Assembly: GCA_963734535.1 (NCBI GenBank)
Contig: CAVTHS010000010.1
Coordinates: 96,001-160,000, forward strand
Direction of reading: 5' to 3'
DNA from: an uncultured Chloroflexia bacterium
Lineage (GTDB): Bacteria; Chloroflexota; Limnocylindria; Limnocylindrales; CSP1-4
Length of the DNA stretch: 64,000 nucleotides
The notes under the pieces were generated by a model, which searched no databases, was not told the DNA's origin, and saw nothing but the letters and a program-made list of their open reading frames with translations. Shown here piece after piece: positions 54,282 through 64,000 of this stretch (positions within the stretch are counted from its first letter, which is position 1; each line of letters opens with the position of its first letter). A program made the translations under genes and the position numbers.

Positions 54282-55226
54282 ATGCACCCCGGTCCCGACC
54301 ACTCCCCCGCCGCGGCGGCAGCCGAACACGCTGCGCTGATCGTGGCGCTCGACGCGGGCGACCTGGCGGATCGCGAGCGCGACGACGCGGCAACCCTGGC
54401 GGCCACGTGTGCCGGTTGCGCGTCCCTCCTCGAGGACCTCGCCGTCCTCCGCGCGGCGACGGCCGCGCTCGTCGTGACGCCCCGAACCCGCGACTTCCGA
54501 CTGACGGAGGCGGATGCCGCGCGCCTGCGCCCCTCGACGTGGAGGACCCTGGTCCGGTGGCTCGCGGCGCCGCGGTCCACGGTTCGCCCGCTGGCCGGCG
54601 GACTGGCTGCGCTCGGGGTCGCCGGGCTGCTCCTGACAACGACTCCCGGCTTCTTCGGGGGTGCCGCCACCTCGCTCTCGACCACCGGCGCCCCGATGGT
54701 CGCTCCCGGCGGCGCCGAGGGCGCGGGCGGAGCCGTGGGTGGAAGCGCCCTGCCGATCGCGGCGTCGAACGCTGCGCCGAGTGCTGCTGCGAGCGCCGCA
54801 GCTCGAGCCAACGGGACCGCCCCGATCGGGCCTGCCGCCTCCGCGGCGCCGGCGGTAAGCCCGGCGCCGGGCACGCCCGGCACCACTCCCGGCCTTGCCG
54901 CCCTTCCCGCGCCGAGCCCTGCCACCGTCGCCGGTCCGGCACCGACGCCCATCCCGGACGCCGGGACGGTCACGGGCCCTGCCGCAGCCGCGAGCGCAGC
55001 CACGGGATCGTCGGACTTCTCGACGGACGCCGGCGCGCCACGCGACTCCACGACGAAGGCGGCACCCCCCGTCGCATCACAGGCAGGCCGGAGTGCGGAG
55101 CCGGCGTCGTCAGGCCTCGTCCAGCCGGACCGCACGCTGCCGCTGCTGCTGTCGCTTGCCCTCCTGGTTGCGGGCCTCGGGCTCCTCGTCGCCAATCGGG
55201 TGCTGCGCGGGCGCGCCGGCTCCTGA
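54282..55226 (+). CDS. Putative membrane-anchored anti-sigma factor (ZAS-like)
   Basis: H...CAGC, PRTRDFRLT, TM, Ala/Pro-rich region, second TM; directly after the ECF sigma gene. Confidence 0.7.
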   Translation: MHPGPDHSPAAAAAEHAALIVALDAGDLADRERDDAATLAATCAGCASLLEDLAVLRAATAALVVTPRTRDFRLTEADAARLRPSTWRTLVRWLAAPRSTVRPLAGGLAALGVAGLLLTTTPGFFGGAATSLSTTGAPMVAPGGAEGAGGAVGGSALPIAASNAAPSAAASAAARANGTAPIGPAASAAPAVSPAPGTPGTTPGLAALPAPSPATVAGPAPTPIPDAGTVTGPAAAASAATGSSDFSTDAGAPRDSTTKAAPPVASQAGRSAEPASSGLVQPDRTLPLLLSLALLVAGLGLLVANRVLRGRAGS

Positions 55227-55291
55227 CGGCGCGCCCGCCTCGATCGGGCCCCCGGATCGAGCGCCGCGCCGCGCGCTACCATGGCGGCCGC

Positions 55292-55378
55292 GCCGGAGTG
55301 GCGGAACTGGCAGACGCGACGGTCTCAAACACCGTTGAGGGCAACTTCGTGCGGGTTCAAATCCCGCCTCCGGCACCA
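55292..55378 (+). tRNA. tRNA-Leu(CAA)
   Basis: GCCGGAG acceptor stem, loop CT-CAA-AC, long variable arm, GTTCAAAT, CCA; TACCAT -10 upstream. Confidence 0.95.
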
Positions 55379-55450
55379 CGCTGGCGTACGCCGAACCGGT
55401 TCGCCTGGACGGCGCGTCCACGCAATCACCGTCCGGGGGGTACTTCCGTC

Positions 55451-56362
55451 ATGCGTCGCACCACGTCCCTGATCGCCGCCTGCATCCTCGTCGCCGGATG
55501 CTCGTCGGGTGGGTCCACACCGTCCGGGGCCGCGTCCAGCGACGGCGCTGCGGGCAGCCCAGCCTCGAGCGCCGCGACGGGCGTGCCAAGCGCCGGCGGC
55601 GGGCCGCCGGCCGGTAGCCGGCCGAGTGGTGCAAAGGTCCGGATCGTCAACGCGTATGCCCCCCTCAACGGCGACCCGGGCCCCATCGACGTCTACGCCG
55701 CGCCGTGGGCGGGCGATGGCGACTCCCCGTTGCTGTCGGTCCCCTACGGGACCGTGAGCGAGTACTTCGATCCGACGGTCTCGGACGATGCCGGAGACAT
55801 GTTCCTCTCGATGTACTGGGGCGGCACGAAGGGGAACGGCAACGAGCTGGTCTCGCAGACCGAGACGTTGAAGGGGGGCGAGGTCATCACCTTCATCGTC
55901 GCCACGGGCGACTCCACGCAGGACTCGGGGCGCCGGTTCGGGTCGATCCAGGCGTTCTTCCAGACAGCGAGCGGCGGGACGCTGGGTCAGTCGACCCCTG
56001 CGCCCGGGAAGACGCTCCTGATCGTCGACACGACCGGAGTCGAGAACGTGATCGCGAAGCCCGACAGCGCGACGTGGTTCTTCAGCGCGGGGACGGGCTG
56101 CACGAAGGGGATCAATGACGACGCGAACTCCCTGACCGGGGCCGGTCCCGGCAGCGCGGGAACCTACCAGCTCGATCCCGGCTCCTACACCGGTTCGATC
56201 CATGCCTACGCCAAGGACGACCCATCCATCCCCACCTGCGACAACGCGGCGCTCATCGACAAGCTCGCCATCCAGGCCGTCGCCGATCAGACCGCGATCC
56301 TCCTGATCTATGCGCCGAAGGACGGCGACCTCCGGACGGTCTTCATCCCGCTCGACGGGTAG
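55451..56362 (+). CDS. Lipoprotein with DUF4397-like domain
   Basis: Lipobox LVAGC, Ser/Gly linker, KVRIVNAY...PIDVY, VPYGTVSEYF. Confidence 0.7.
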   Translation: MRRTTSLIAACILVAGCSSGGSTPSGAASSDGAAGSPASSAATGVPSAGGGPPAGSRPSGAKVRIVNAYAPLNGDPGPIDVYAAPWAGDGDSPLLSVPYGTVSEYFDPTVSDDAGDMFLSMYWGGTKGNGNELVSQTETLKGGEVITFIVATGDSTQDSGRRFGSIQAFFQTASGGTLGQSTPAPGKTLLIVDTTGVENVIAKPDSATWFFSAGTGCTKGINDDANSLTGAGPGSAGTYQLDPGSYTGSIHAYAKDDPSIPTCDNAALIDKLAIQAVADQTAILLIYAPKDGDLRTVFIPLDG

Positions 56363-56755
56363 CCGGAGCGTCCGTCACCGACCGCCGGGTCCGGCTTCGC
56401 GACGCCGTCGGCGAAGAGCCTGCCGACTGGCCCCCCAATCGCGGGACTATCGGCCCTCTTCGCCGACGCCCATGACCGGCGATCCTTGCGTCAGCGCCTC
56501 TGCCGCCCTTCCCCCCAGGGCTGTAGAGGCGTATTCATTTGCCCCTTCGCCGGACGGAGCGCTCCGAGGGCGTCGGTGGCCGATGCGCGTCCGCGCCGTT
56601 CGACGTCGGCGGCCGATCCATCTCGGCACCGGTCGACACGGGCGCCCGTGATTGCCGCCCTCGGCGCCCAGACCTCACAGGGCGGCCAGTGGGCGGCGCC
56701 GGTGTACGCTTCCGCCCGCGATGGCGAGGTTCGGGCCATCGCGGAGGAGGTCTCG

Positions 56756-57413
56756 ATGAGCATCTTCCGCCGCCTCTTCGGGGACGCAGCGGAGCCCGGC
56801 GCGAGTGGGGCGCCGGCGTCGGACGTTACGGACGACGCGGACGTCGTCACGGCATCGGCCCGGGGGCGGCGCGCATGCGTCGGCCGACGCCTCCGCCCCC
56901 GACACCGCGACCGTCCGCCGGATCGTCTCCCAGCTCGAGGCCCTGCCGCCGGAGCGGGCACGCTACCTCGCGGCCGCGTCGTACGTGCTGGCCCGCGTCG
57001 CGAACTCCGACCTCGTGATGAGCCCCGAGGAGACCGCGTTCATGGAGCGGACGCTCGTCGAGGAGAGCGGGATCGGCGAGGCCGAGGCGGTCCTCGTCGT
57101 CGAGGCCGCGAAGCAGCAGGCGCGCTTGTTCGGCTCGACGGAGGACTACCTGGTCACGCGCGAGTTCAAGCGCATCTCCGACCCGGAGCAGCGCCTCCGG
57201 CTGCTGCGCGCATGCTTCCTGGCGGCGGCGGCGGACCTCTCGATCTCGTCGGCGGAGAGTGCGACGCTGAACCAGATCGCGAGCGAGCTCGACGTCGACG
57301 CAGCCGCGCTCAGCGCGCTCAGGAGCGAGTTCGGCGACCGCCTGTCGGTGGTCCAGGCGATGCGCGCAGCCCGTGCCGGCACGCCTGCCGACCGGGACCC
57401 CGCGGGCGGCTGA
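56756..57413 (+). CDS. TerB-family (tellurite-resistance-like) protein (frameshift near 56870)
   Basis: RBS ggagg; LARVANSD...PEE, LAAAADLSISSAE...IASEL. Confidence 0.75.
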
Positions 57414-57454
57414 CCCGACCGTCGGCTGACCCAACCGTCGGCTGACCCGGCCGA
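57407..57454. repeat. 16-bp tandem repeat x3 between convergent terB-like and dnaE genes
   Basis: cggctgacccgaccgt / cggctgacccaaccgt / cggctgacccggccga. Confidence 0.75.
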
Positions 57455-57472
57455 CGCCGGCCGAAGCTCGCG

Positions 57473-60400
57473 TCAGGCCGAGGCGCGCAGGGCGTCGCTG
57501 TCGACTTCGAGCTCGAGCTCGAGCGTGCAGATCTCCGGGCGCAGCTGCCGACTCACGTCCGTGACGAGATCCACGTCATAGGCGACCCCGGCCCGCAGCT
57601 CCATCGGCAGGTCGGCGCGTCCGCGGCCCTGCGGCAGGTGAACCGTGACGCGCGTGGCGCCGGGACGCGAGCGCAGGAGATCGCGCACGGTCGCCATCGC
57701 CGCCTGGAGGACCTCGGGCGCGATCCCGTCGCCGAACCGCACGTGGAGGCGGCCGGCCGGCCCTGCCTCGACCGGCAGCGTGGGCTCCGCCGCGGATGCA
57801 ACCGCGCGTTCGCGCGCCTCTTCGGGCAGCTCGGGCGCCTCGTAGTCGGGTGCGGCGGCCGCGAGGTCGGCCGGCTCGGACGATCCCGGAATGGGCTCCG
57901 GCGGGAGGCTCGCGGCGCGAACCGCCGCTGGCCCCGGGTCCTCGGCGGTTGCCAACGGCGCGTGCCCGTTTCCGCCGGCAGGTCCGCGGCCGTTCCCCGA
58001 GCCATTGCCGTTCGAACCGGGCGGCCGGGCGGCTCCGCCGCGCCCCCGCCCCCGCGACCCCCGGTCACCGGCCGCGACCTCTGCCGCGAACGACGCTTCG
58101 CCGCGTGCCACGGCTGCGTCCCACTCCCAGGCCGCGTCCGCGAGCAGCGAGACCTCCTCGCCCCGATGGTCAATTCGACCCGCGACGAGGAGGATGACGC
58201 CCTCCTGCCACGTTCCTGCCGTCTGCTCGTGGAGCCTCGGAAAGACGACGACCTCGATGGCGCCCTGCAGGTCCTCGATCGTCACGACCGCCATGGTCGC
58301 CTTGGCCTTCGTGACCACCGTCCGCCTCCCCGTCACGACGCCGCCGACCACGACTCGCTGCCCGTCGAGGGACTCGTCCTTCAGGTCTCCCGAATAGGCG
58401 GTGACGAAATGCCCGATCCGCTCCGCGACCTCGCCGAGCGGATGGTCCGACAGGTAGAGGCCCAGCAGCTCCTTCTCCCAGCGGAGCCGCTCCCGGGTGG
58501 GCACCTCCGGCGACGCGGGAAGCGGCCGCTCGAGGGCAGCGGGATCCGCGGCGAGGTCGAAGAAGCTGATCTGGCCCGACGCGCGCTCCCGCTGGTCCGC
58601 CTGCGCCGTGGCCAGCGTGTCGTCGAGCGCGTCGAGAAGCCGGCCCGGGTGGCCGAAGGCGCTGAGCGCACCGACCTTGGCGAGGCACTCGAGCACCCGC
58701 TTGTTCACCAGCCGAAGGTCGATGCGGTCGCAGAAGTCCGCGAAGGATCGGAACGGGCCATCCGCCTCGCGCGCGGCGATGATCGACTCGATGGCGCCCT
58801 GCCCGACGTTCTTGACGGCGAGCAGCCCGAACCGGATGGACGGGCCCTCCACCGTGAACTCGAGGTGGCTGGCGTGGACGTCCGGTGGGAGCACGGCGAT
58901 CCCCATCCGGCGGCATTCGGCGACGGCCGCCGAGACCTTCTCCCCGTTGTCGCGAAAGGCGGTCAGCACGCTCGCCATGTACTCGACGGTGTAGTTCGCC
59001 TTGAGGTAGGCCGTCTGGTAGGCGACCAACCCGTAGCACGTCGCGTGGGCCTTGTTGAAGCCGTAGCGCTCGAACGGCTCGAACGCCTTGAAGACCGCGT
59101 CGATCGTGTCGGGACGAACGCCGCGCTCGGCGGCCTGGGTGACGAACTTGCCTTTGAGCGAATGCAGGACGGCCGACTTCTTCTTCCGGATCGCGTAGCC
59201 AAGCGTGTCCGCCTCCGGGCCGGTGAAGCCGGCAAGGCCGACCGCGGCGGACATGATGTCCTCCTGGTAGACGAAGATCCCGAACGTCCGGTTCAGGTAG
59301 GGCTCCAGCAGCGGATGGAGGTATGTGACCGGCTCGCGTCCGTGCTTTCGTGCGATGTAGTGCGGGATGTTGTCCATCGGGCCGGGCCGATAGAGCGCGA
59401 CCATGGCCGCAAGGTCGAAGACCGAGGTCGGTCGGAGCTCCCGGACGTAGCGCCGCATTCCCGGCGACTCCAGCTGGAAGACCCCGGTCGTCTCGCCGGA
59501 CGCGAGCAGCGCGAAGGTCGTCGCGTCGTCGAGCGGGATGTCATCGAGGTCGATCTCCACGCCGCGGTGCTGGCGGACCAGGTCCACGGCCTGGCGCAGG
59601 ATCGTCAGGTTCGAGAGGCCCAGGAAGTCGAACTTGAGGAGCCCCAGCGCCTCCACCCCGTGCATCTCGCACTGGGTCATCGTGGCGTCCGAGTTGGTGG
59701 CCTTCTGGAGCGGCATCAGCTCCGTCAGCGGCTCGCGGCTGATCACGACGCCGGCGGCGTGGGTCGACGCGTTCCGGGCGACGCCCTCCAGCTGCTTCGC
59801 GAAGTCGATGATCCTGCGGACGGGCGGCTCGGCCACGTACATCTCGTGGAGCTGCGGGCTCAGCGTGAGCGCCTCGTCGAGCCGAATGCCGAGCTGGTTG
59901 GGGACCGCCTTGGCGATCCGGTCCACGTCCCCGTAGCCGTGCCCGAGGACGCGGCCCACGTCCCGGATCGCCGCCCGCGCCAGCATCGTGCCGAACGTGA
60001 TGATCTGGGCGACGTGATCCGGGCCGTACTTCTGGGTGACGTAGTTGATCACCTCCTCCCGGCGACCGTCCTCGAAGTCGACGTCGATGTCCGGCATCGT
60101 CACCCGATCCGGGTTGAGGAAGCGCTCGAAGGGGAGCCCGTAGTGAATCGGGTCAACGGGCGTGATCCCGAGGGTGTACGTCACGATCGAGCCCGGCGCG
60201 CTCCCCCGGCAGGTCGTCTGGATCCGCTGCTCCCGGGCGAACCGAACGAAATCGGCGACGATCAGGAAGTAGCCTGCGTAGCCCATGGAGACGATGATCC
60301 CCAGCTCGTACGCCAGGCGCGCCTGCAGCTCCGGGGTGACGCTCTCGTAGCGGCGGGCCAGGCCGCCCTCGCACTCCTTGCGAAGCCAGCTCTCGGGCGT

Positions 60401-61291
60401 CTCCCCGGCCGGGACCGGGAAGTGCGGGATCCGCAGCTGGCCCAGGGGCAGCTCGAGATCGACCATCTCGGCGACGCGGCGCGTGTTGCGGAAGGCCTCC
60501 ACCTGGTCCGGGAAGAGGGCGAACATCTCGGCCGTTGACTTGAGGTAGAACTCGGGGGTCTCGAAGCGCAGGCGCCCGGGTGTGTCCAGGTTGCTGCCCG
60601 TCCCCACGCAGAGGAGGACGTCGTGTGCCTCCGCCTGTGCCTTGTGCACGTAGTGGAGGTCGTTCGTCACCACGAGGGGCAGTCCCGTCTCCTGCGCCAG
60701 GCGGCGGAGCTTCGGGTTCATGGCGGCCTGCTCCGGCAGGCCGTGGTCCATCAGCTCGAGGTAGAAGCGGTCCTTTCCGAAGATGTCCCCATAGGTGCCG
60801 GCCAGATGCCGCGCGAGCTCCCAGTCGTCCACCTCGAGCGCCTTCGGGATCTCGCCGCCGAGGCACGCGGACATCCCGATCAACCCCTCGCTGTATCGGG
60901 CCAGGTGCTCGCGGTCGATGCGCGGCTTGTAGTAGTACCCCTCCAGGTGTGCGTCGGTCACGAGCCGGCACAGGTTGCGGTAGCCGGCGAGGTTCGTCGC
61001 GAGGAGCGAGAGGTGGAAGGGCTGGGCGTCTGCCTTCCCCTCCTTGTCGCGCATCGACCGGCGCGCGACGTACGTCTCGACGCCGATGATGGGCTTGATC
61101 CCCTTCGCGCGGGCGGCCTGGTAGAAGGCGACCGAGCCGTAGAGCGCGCCGTGATCGGTGAGCGCGAGGGAGTCGAACCCCAGCCGCTCCGCCTCGTCCA
61201 CGAGGTCGCCGATCCGGCCGAGCCCGTCGAGGAGCGAGAACTCCGAGTGAACGTGGAGGTGCGTGAAATCGTTCGGGGCGAGGGTCGTCAC
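57473..61291 (-). CDS. dnaE: DNA polymerase III alpha subunit
   Basis: HLHVHSEFSLLDG, TDHG, FERFLNPDRVTMPDIDVDF, HAAGVVI, KFDFLGL, YGFNKAH, OB fold. Confidence 0.97.
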   Translation of the reverse strand: MTTLAPNDFTHLHVHSEFSLLDGLGRIGDLVDEAERLGFDSLALTDHGALYGSVAFYQAARAKGIKPIIGVETYVARRSMRDKEGKADAQPFHLSLLATNLAGYRNLCRLVTDAHLEGYYYKPRIDREHLARYSEGLIGMSACLGGEIPKALEVDDWELARHLAGTYGDIFGKDRFYLELMDHGLPEQAAMNPKLRRLAQETGLPLVVTNDLHYVHKAQAEAHDVLLCVGTGSNLDTPGRLRFETPEFYLKSTAEMFALFPDQVEAFRNTRRVAEMVDLELPLGQLRIPHFPVPAGETPESWLRKECEGGLARRYESVTPELQARLAYELGIIVSMGYAGYFLIVADFVRFAREQRIQTTCRGSAPGSIVTYTLGITPVDPIHYGLPFERFLNPDRVTMPDIDVDFEDGRREEVINYVTQKYGPDHVAQIITFGTMLARAAIRDVGRVLGHGYGDVDRIAKAVPNQLGIRLDEALTLSPQLHEMYVAEPPVRRIIDFAKQLEGVARNASTHAAGVVISREPLTELMPLQKATNSDATMTQCEMHGVEALGLLKFDFLGLSNLTILRQAVDLVRQHRGVEIDLDDIPLDDATTFALLASGETTGVFQLESPGMRRYVRELRPTSVFDLAAMVALYRPGPMDNIPHYIARKHGREPVTYLHPLLEPYLNRTFGIFVYQEDIMSAAVGLAGFTGPEADTLGYAIRKKKSAVLHSLKGKFVTQAAERGVRPDTIDAVFKAFEPFERYGFNKAHATCYGLVAYQTAYLKANYTVEYMASVLTAFRDNGEKVSAAVAECRRMGIAVLPPDVHASHLEFTVEGPSIRFGLLAVKNVGQGAIESIIAAREADGPFRSFADFCDRIDLRLVNKRVLECLAKVGALSAFGHPGRLLDALDDTLATAQADQRERASGQISFFDLAADPAALERPLPASPEVPTRERLRWEKELLGLYLSDHPLGEVAERIGHFVTAYSGDLKDESLDGQRVVVGGVVTGRRTVVTKAKATMAVVTIEDLQGAIEVVVFPRLHEQTAGTWQEGVILLVAGRIDHRGEEVSLLADAAWEWDAAVARGEASFAAEVAAGDRGSRGRGRGGAARPPGSNGNGSGNGRGPAGGNGHAPLATAEDPGPAAVRAASLPPEPIPGSSEPADLAAAAPDYEAPELPEEARERAVASAAEPTLPVEAGPAGRLHVRFGDGIAPEVLQAAMATVRDLLRSRPGATRVTVHLPQGRGRADLPMELRAGVAYDVDLVTDVSRQLRPEICTLELELEVDSDALRASA

Positions 61292-61452
61292 GGGAGGTCA
61301 ATGGTAGCCCGGCGGCGCCGTGCGGTGGATCGCCGCCGCCCCGACCGCGGCCCGCGGGCCGGCGGAAACGAGCTGGCGTGGCGGCCCGGAGCGCGGACCG
61401 CGCAGGTCATGACCGCCCCTGATCGCGTCGGCCGGCACGTTACTCTTGGCTC

Positions 61453-61851
61453 GTGGATGACCTTCGGGACGGATCGACGGCGGACGAAGACCCCGGGTCC
61501 GACGCCTTCGACGAGGCGCTCGAAGCCGCGATCGCGCGGCTTCCCGACGAGTATCGGGCTCAGCTCGCGACCGTCGCGATCGTGGTCGCGGACGAGGCGA
61601 CCCCAGAGGAGCTCGCGCTCGTCGGGGCGCCCGGCCTGTACGGGCTCTACCGCGGCGTTCCGAGGACGGCCTTCGGCGCCGACAACGTCCCGATCCCCAG
61701 CGTGATCACCCTCTACCGCGGACCCCTGGAACGGCGCTGGCGCGGGCCGGCCGAGCTGGTCCACGGCGTCGAGGAAACGCTCCGTCACGAGCTGGCACAC
61801 CACCTCGGGATCTCCGACGCCCGCCTGGACGAGCTGCACGACGGCGGCTGA
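61453..61851 (+). CDS. Zincin-like metallopeptidase (DUF1025 type)
   Basis: LYGLYRGVP, ITLYRGPL, HELAHHLG. Confidence 0.85.
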   Translation: MDDLRDGSTADEDPGSDAFDEALEAAIARLPDEYRAQLATVAIVVADEATPEELALVGAPGLYGLYRGVPRTAFGADNVPIPSVITLYRGPLERRWRGPAELVHGVEETLRHELAHHLGISDARLDELHDGG

Positions 61852-61853
61852 TC

Positions 61854-62534
61854 GTGGATGCGCGAATCCTGGTGGTGGAGGACGACCCGTCGATCCGGGA
61901 GATCACGGAGATCGGCCTCCGCGGGGCTGGCTTCGGTGTCATCACCGCCGCCGACGGCCGCGACGGCCTGGCGCGATTCCGGGCCGAGGCGCCCGACCTC
62001 GTCCTGCTCGACGTGATGCTCCCCGGCCTCGACGGCCTCGAGGTCGCCCGCGAGATCCGCCGCGAATCGATGGTCCCGATCGTGATGCTCACCGCACGCG
62101 GTGACACGCTCGACGTCGTCGTCGGCCTGGAGGCTGGGGCCGACGACTACGTCCGCAAGCCATTCGAGCTGCCGGAGCTCGTTGCGCGCGTCCGAGCCGC
62201 CCTACGCCGGGGACGCGGCGGGCCCTCCGACGCGGATCGCCTCCGGCTGGGCCCGCTCGCAATCGACGTCGCGGCCCGGATGGTGACCCGGGACGGCACG
62301 CCGATCCCGCTCACGCGGACCGAGTTCGACGTGCTCGCCGAGCTGGCGCGGCGGCCGGGCCAGGTCTTCACGCGCGAGATCCTCCTCGAGCGAGTCTGGG
62401 GCTACGACTTCCTGGGTGACTCGCGCCTGGTCGACGTTGCGGTCGGGCGGCTCCGGGCGAAGGTGGAGCGCGAGCCGGCCTCGCCGACCCTCATCGTGAC
62501 GATCCGGGGTGTCGGCTACCGGGCGGGCGCCTGA
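61854..62534 (+). CDS. OmpR-family response regulator (MtrA-like)
   Basis: ILVVEDD, LLDVMLP, GADDYVRKPF, VWGYDFLGDSRLVDV, TIRGVGY. Confidence 0.93.
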   Translation: MDARILVVEDDPSIREITEIGLRGAGFGVITAADGRDGLARFRAEAPDLVLLDVMLPGLDGLEVAREIRRESMVPIVMLTARGDTLDVVVGLEAGADDYVRKPFELPELVARVRAALRRGRGGPSDADRLRLGPLAIDVAARMVTRDGTPIPLTRTEFDVLAELARRPGQVFTREILLERVWGYDFLGDSRLVDVAVGRLRAKVEREPASPTLIVTIRGVGYRAGA

Positions 62535-62535
62535 C

Positions 62536-64000
62536 GTGGCAGCCGCTGAGGACGTCGTCGAACCCGGCGCGCCTGCGCTTCCCCGGGCCGGCCGACGCCG
62601 GGCGCCGGGCATCCGCGCGCGCATCGCGGTCGCGATCGTGACACTCGTCGCGGTGACCGCGATCGTCCTTGGCGTCGGCGCCGTCGCGTTCGTCGAGGCG
62701 TCGCTGCGTGATCAGCTCCGGGCGAGCTCGCTTCGCCAGGCTGACTACGATCTCGGGGTCCTGATCCCGACGGCGCTGCCGGGCGGCGTCGATCGGGCGT
62801 CCCTCACGGCGTCCGGCCTGCTCGAGACCTTCCGGCTGCGAGGGGATGTCGAGACGATCGTCGACTTCGGCGACGCGGACCCGGTCGTCTCCTCGTTCGA
62901 CCTGATCGGGGCGCTCGCAGGCTTCCCGTCGGAGCTTCGCCCAATTCTCGACCGGGGCCAGATCGGGTACGCATGGGCATCGGTGGCCGGACGCGCCTCT
63001 CTCGTCCTGGCGGGCCGGCCGGCAGCCGGCGAGCCCGCGTTCTACTTCATCCACGACGCGAACGACATCGACGGCGCCATCGCGCAGCTGCGCATCGCCT
63101 TGCTGGTCGGCTCCCTCGTCCTGGTCGGGGCGGCGCTTGCCACCGCGCGGACCGTCGCCCGGGGGATCCTGCGCCCGATCGTCGCCGCGAGCCGGGCCGC
63201 CGGCCGGATCGCGGACGGGCGGCTCGACGCGCGGGTGGTGGCGACATCGGACGACGAGTTCGCTGCGTGGGCCGCCGAGTTCAACCGGATGGCCGCGACG
63301 CTGGAGACGACGATCGCCCAGCTCCGCGCCGCCGAGGCCAGGAATCGACGCTTCGTCGCGGACGTCGCCCACGAGCTTCGGACACCGCTGACCGGGGTCG
63401 TCGCCGAGGCCTCGCTCATCCGCGGCGCGCTGGAAGCGCTTCCACCGGATGCTCGGCGGGCAGCTGAGCTCCTGGTGGCCGACGTCGCGCGGTTGCGCTC
63501 GTTGGTCGAGGACCTCCTGGAGGTGTCCCGCTTCGACGCGAGCGCCGAGCAGCTCGAGACGGAGCTGGTGGACCTTGGACCCCGGCTCGATGCGCTCGTG
63601 GCGGCCCGCCTGCCCGGGGCGACGCTCGCGATCCCCGACGAGCCCATCGTGATCGAGACCGACCCCCGACGCATTGACCGGATCGTGGGCAACGTGCTCG
63701 ACAACGCCCGGGTCCACGCGCCGAACGCGCCGGTGAGCGTGTCGCTCACCCGTGATCCGGACTCGGTGCGGGTCACGGTCGTCGATCGTGGACCGGGAGC
63801 GGGCGTCCCAGGCGCGGACCTGGAGCAGCTCTTCGAACGTTTCGCGAAGGCCGACCCCGCGCGACCGGGCGGGACCGGGCTCGGGCTCGCGATCGCCCGC
63901 GCGCACGCCGAGCTCCTTGGCGGGTCGCTTGGTGCGACCCACGAGCCGGGCGGCGGCCTCCGCTTCGAGCTCCGGCTTCCTGTGACCGAATCGTTGCCCG
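62536..64000 (+). CDS. HAMP sensor histidine kinase (MtrB-like), runs off the window end; absent from the ORF track
   Basis: Frame +1 from GTG 62536: two TMs, HAMP, ADVAHELRTPL, NVLDNA, DRGPG, GGTGLGLAI. Confidence 0.9.
   Translation, partial: MAAAEDVVEPGAPALPRAGRRRAPGIRARIAVAIVTLVAVTAIVLGVGAVAFVEASLRDQLRASSLRQADYDLGVLIPTALPGGVDRASLTASGLLETFRLRGDVETIVDFGDADPVVSSFDLIGALAGFPSELRPILDRGQIGYAWASVAGRASLVLAGRPAAGEPAFYFIHDANDIDGAIAQLRIALLVGSLVLVGAALATARTVARGILRPIVAASRAAGRIADGRLDARVVATSDDEFAAWAAEFNRMAATLETTIAQLRAAEARNRRFVADVAHELRTPLTGVVAEASLIRGALEALPPDARRAAELLVADVARLRSLVEDLLEVSRFDASAEQLETELVDLGPRLDALVAARLPGATLAIPDEPIVIETDPRRIDRIVGNVLDNARVHAPNAPVSVSLTRDPDSVRVTVVDRGPGAGVPGADLEQLFERFAKADPARPGGTGLGLAIARAHAELLGGSLGATHEPGGGLRFELRLPVTESLP

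Noticed and set aside
56435-56545. Minus-strand GGCAAA...GACGCAAG...CCGGTC...GATAG resembling a c-di-GMP-I riboswitch
   Set aside because: There is no GNRA tetraloop/receptor or proper P1, no downstream gene on that strand, and the segments are better explained by other hairpins.
57407-57454. Short repeats here and at 32465-32524 as CRISPR arrays
   Set aside because: The units are directly adjacent with no spacers, and there are no cas genes.
55292-57460. Genomic island integrated at tRNA-Leu(CAA), or next to tRNA-Leu(TAA) at 3488
   Set aside because: No integrase and no duplicated tRNA 3' end were seen.
57473-61291. Intein in the long DnaE
   Set aside because: No splicing or homing-endonuclease motifs were seen. 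The extra length is a low-complexity C-terminal linker.

Overview
This is a very GC-rich bacterial chromosomal window. Gene content and protein style suggest Chloroflexota, probably Limnocylindria-like; this is inference, not a database result. It is mostly core genome: 9 tRNAs, lemA-htpX, rapZ-yvcK-whiA-tpiA-gpmA-secG, tatAC, pyrF, secDF, recJ, uvrA/B/C, a compact UvrD-like helicase, polA-mutM-ABC-F-coaE, dnaE and an MtrAB-like two-component pair. Many genes between about 6.8-20 kb and 49-52 kb carry single-base frameshifts that look like long-read consensus errors. The best candidate for an undescribed system is an operon at 29.0-34.7 kb: GAF histidine kinase, NarL-type regulator, ferredoxin-fused NfnB/GltD-like flavoprotein and two paralogous unknown membrane proteins. 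Other notable items are an orphan Tad pseudopilin/CpaB cassette, an orphan PAAR-like gene, a double-module 5'-nucleotidase with a structured 5' leader, variant LexA boxes at uvrA and uvrB, widespread leaderless-type promoters and an inverted response-regulator relic. No CRISPR array, rRNA, integrase or transposase was seen.
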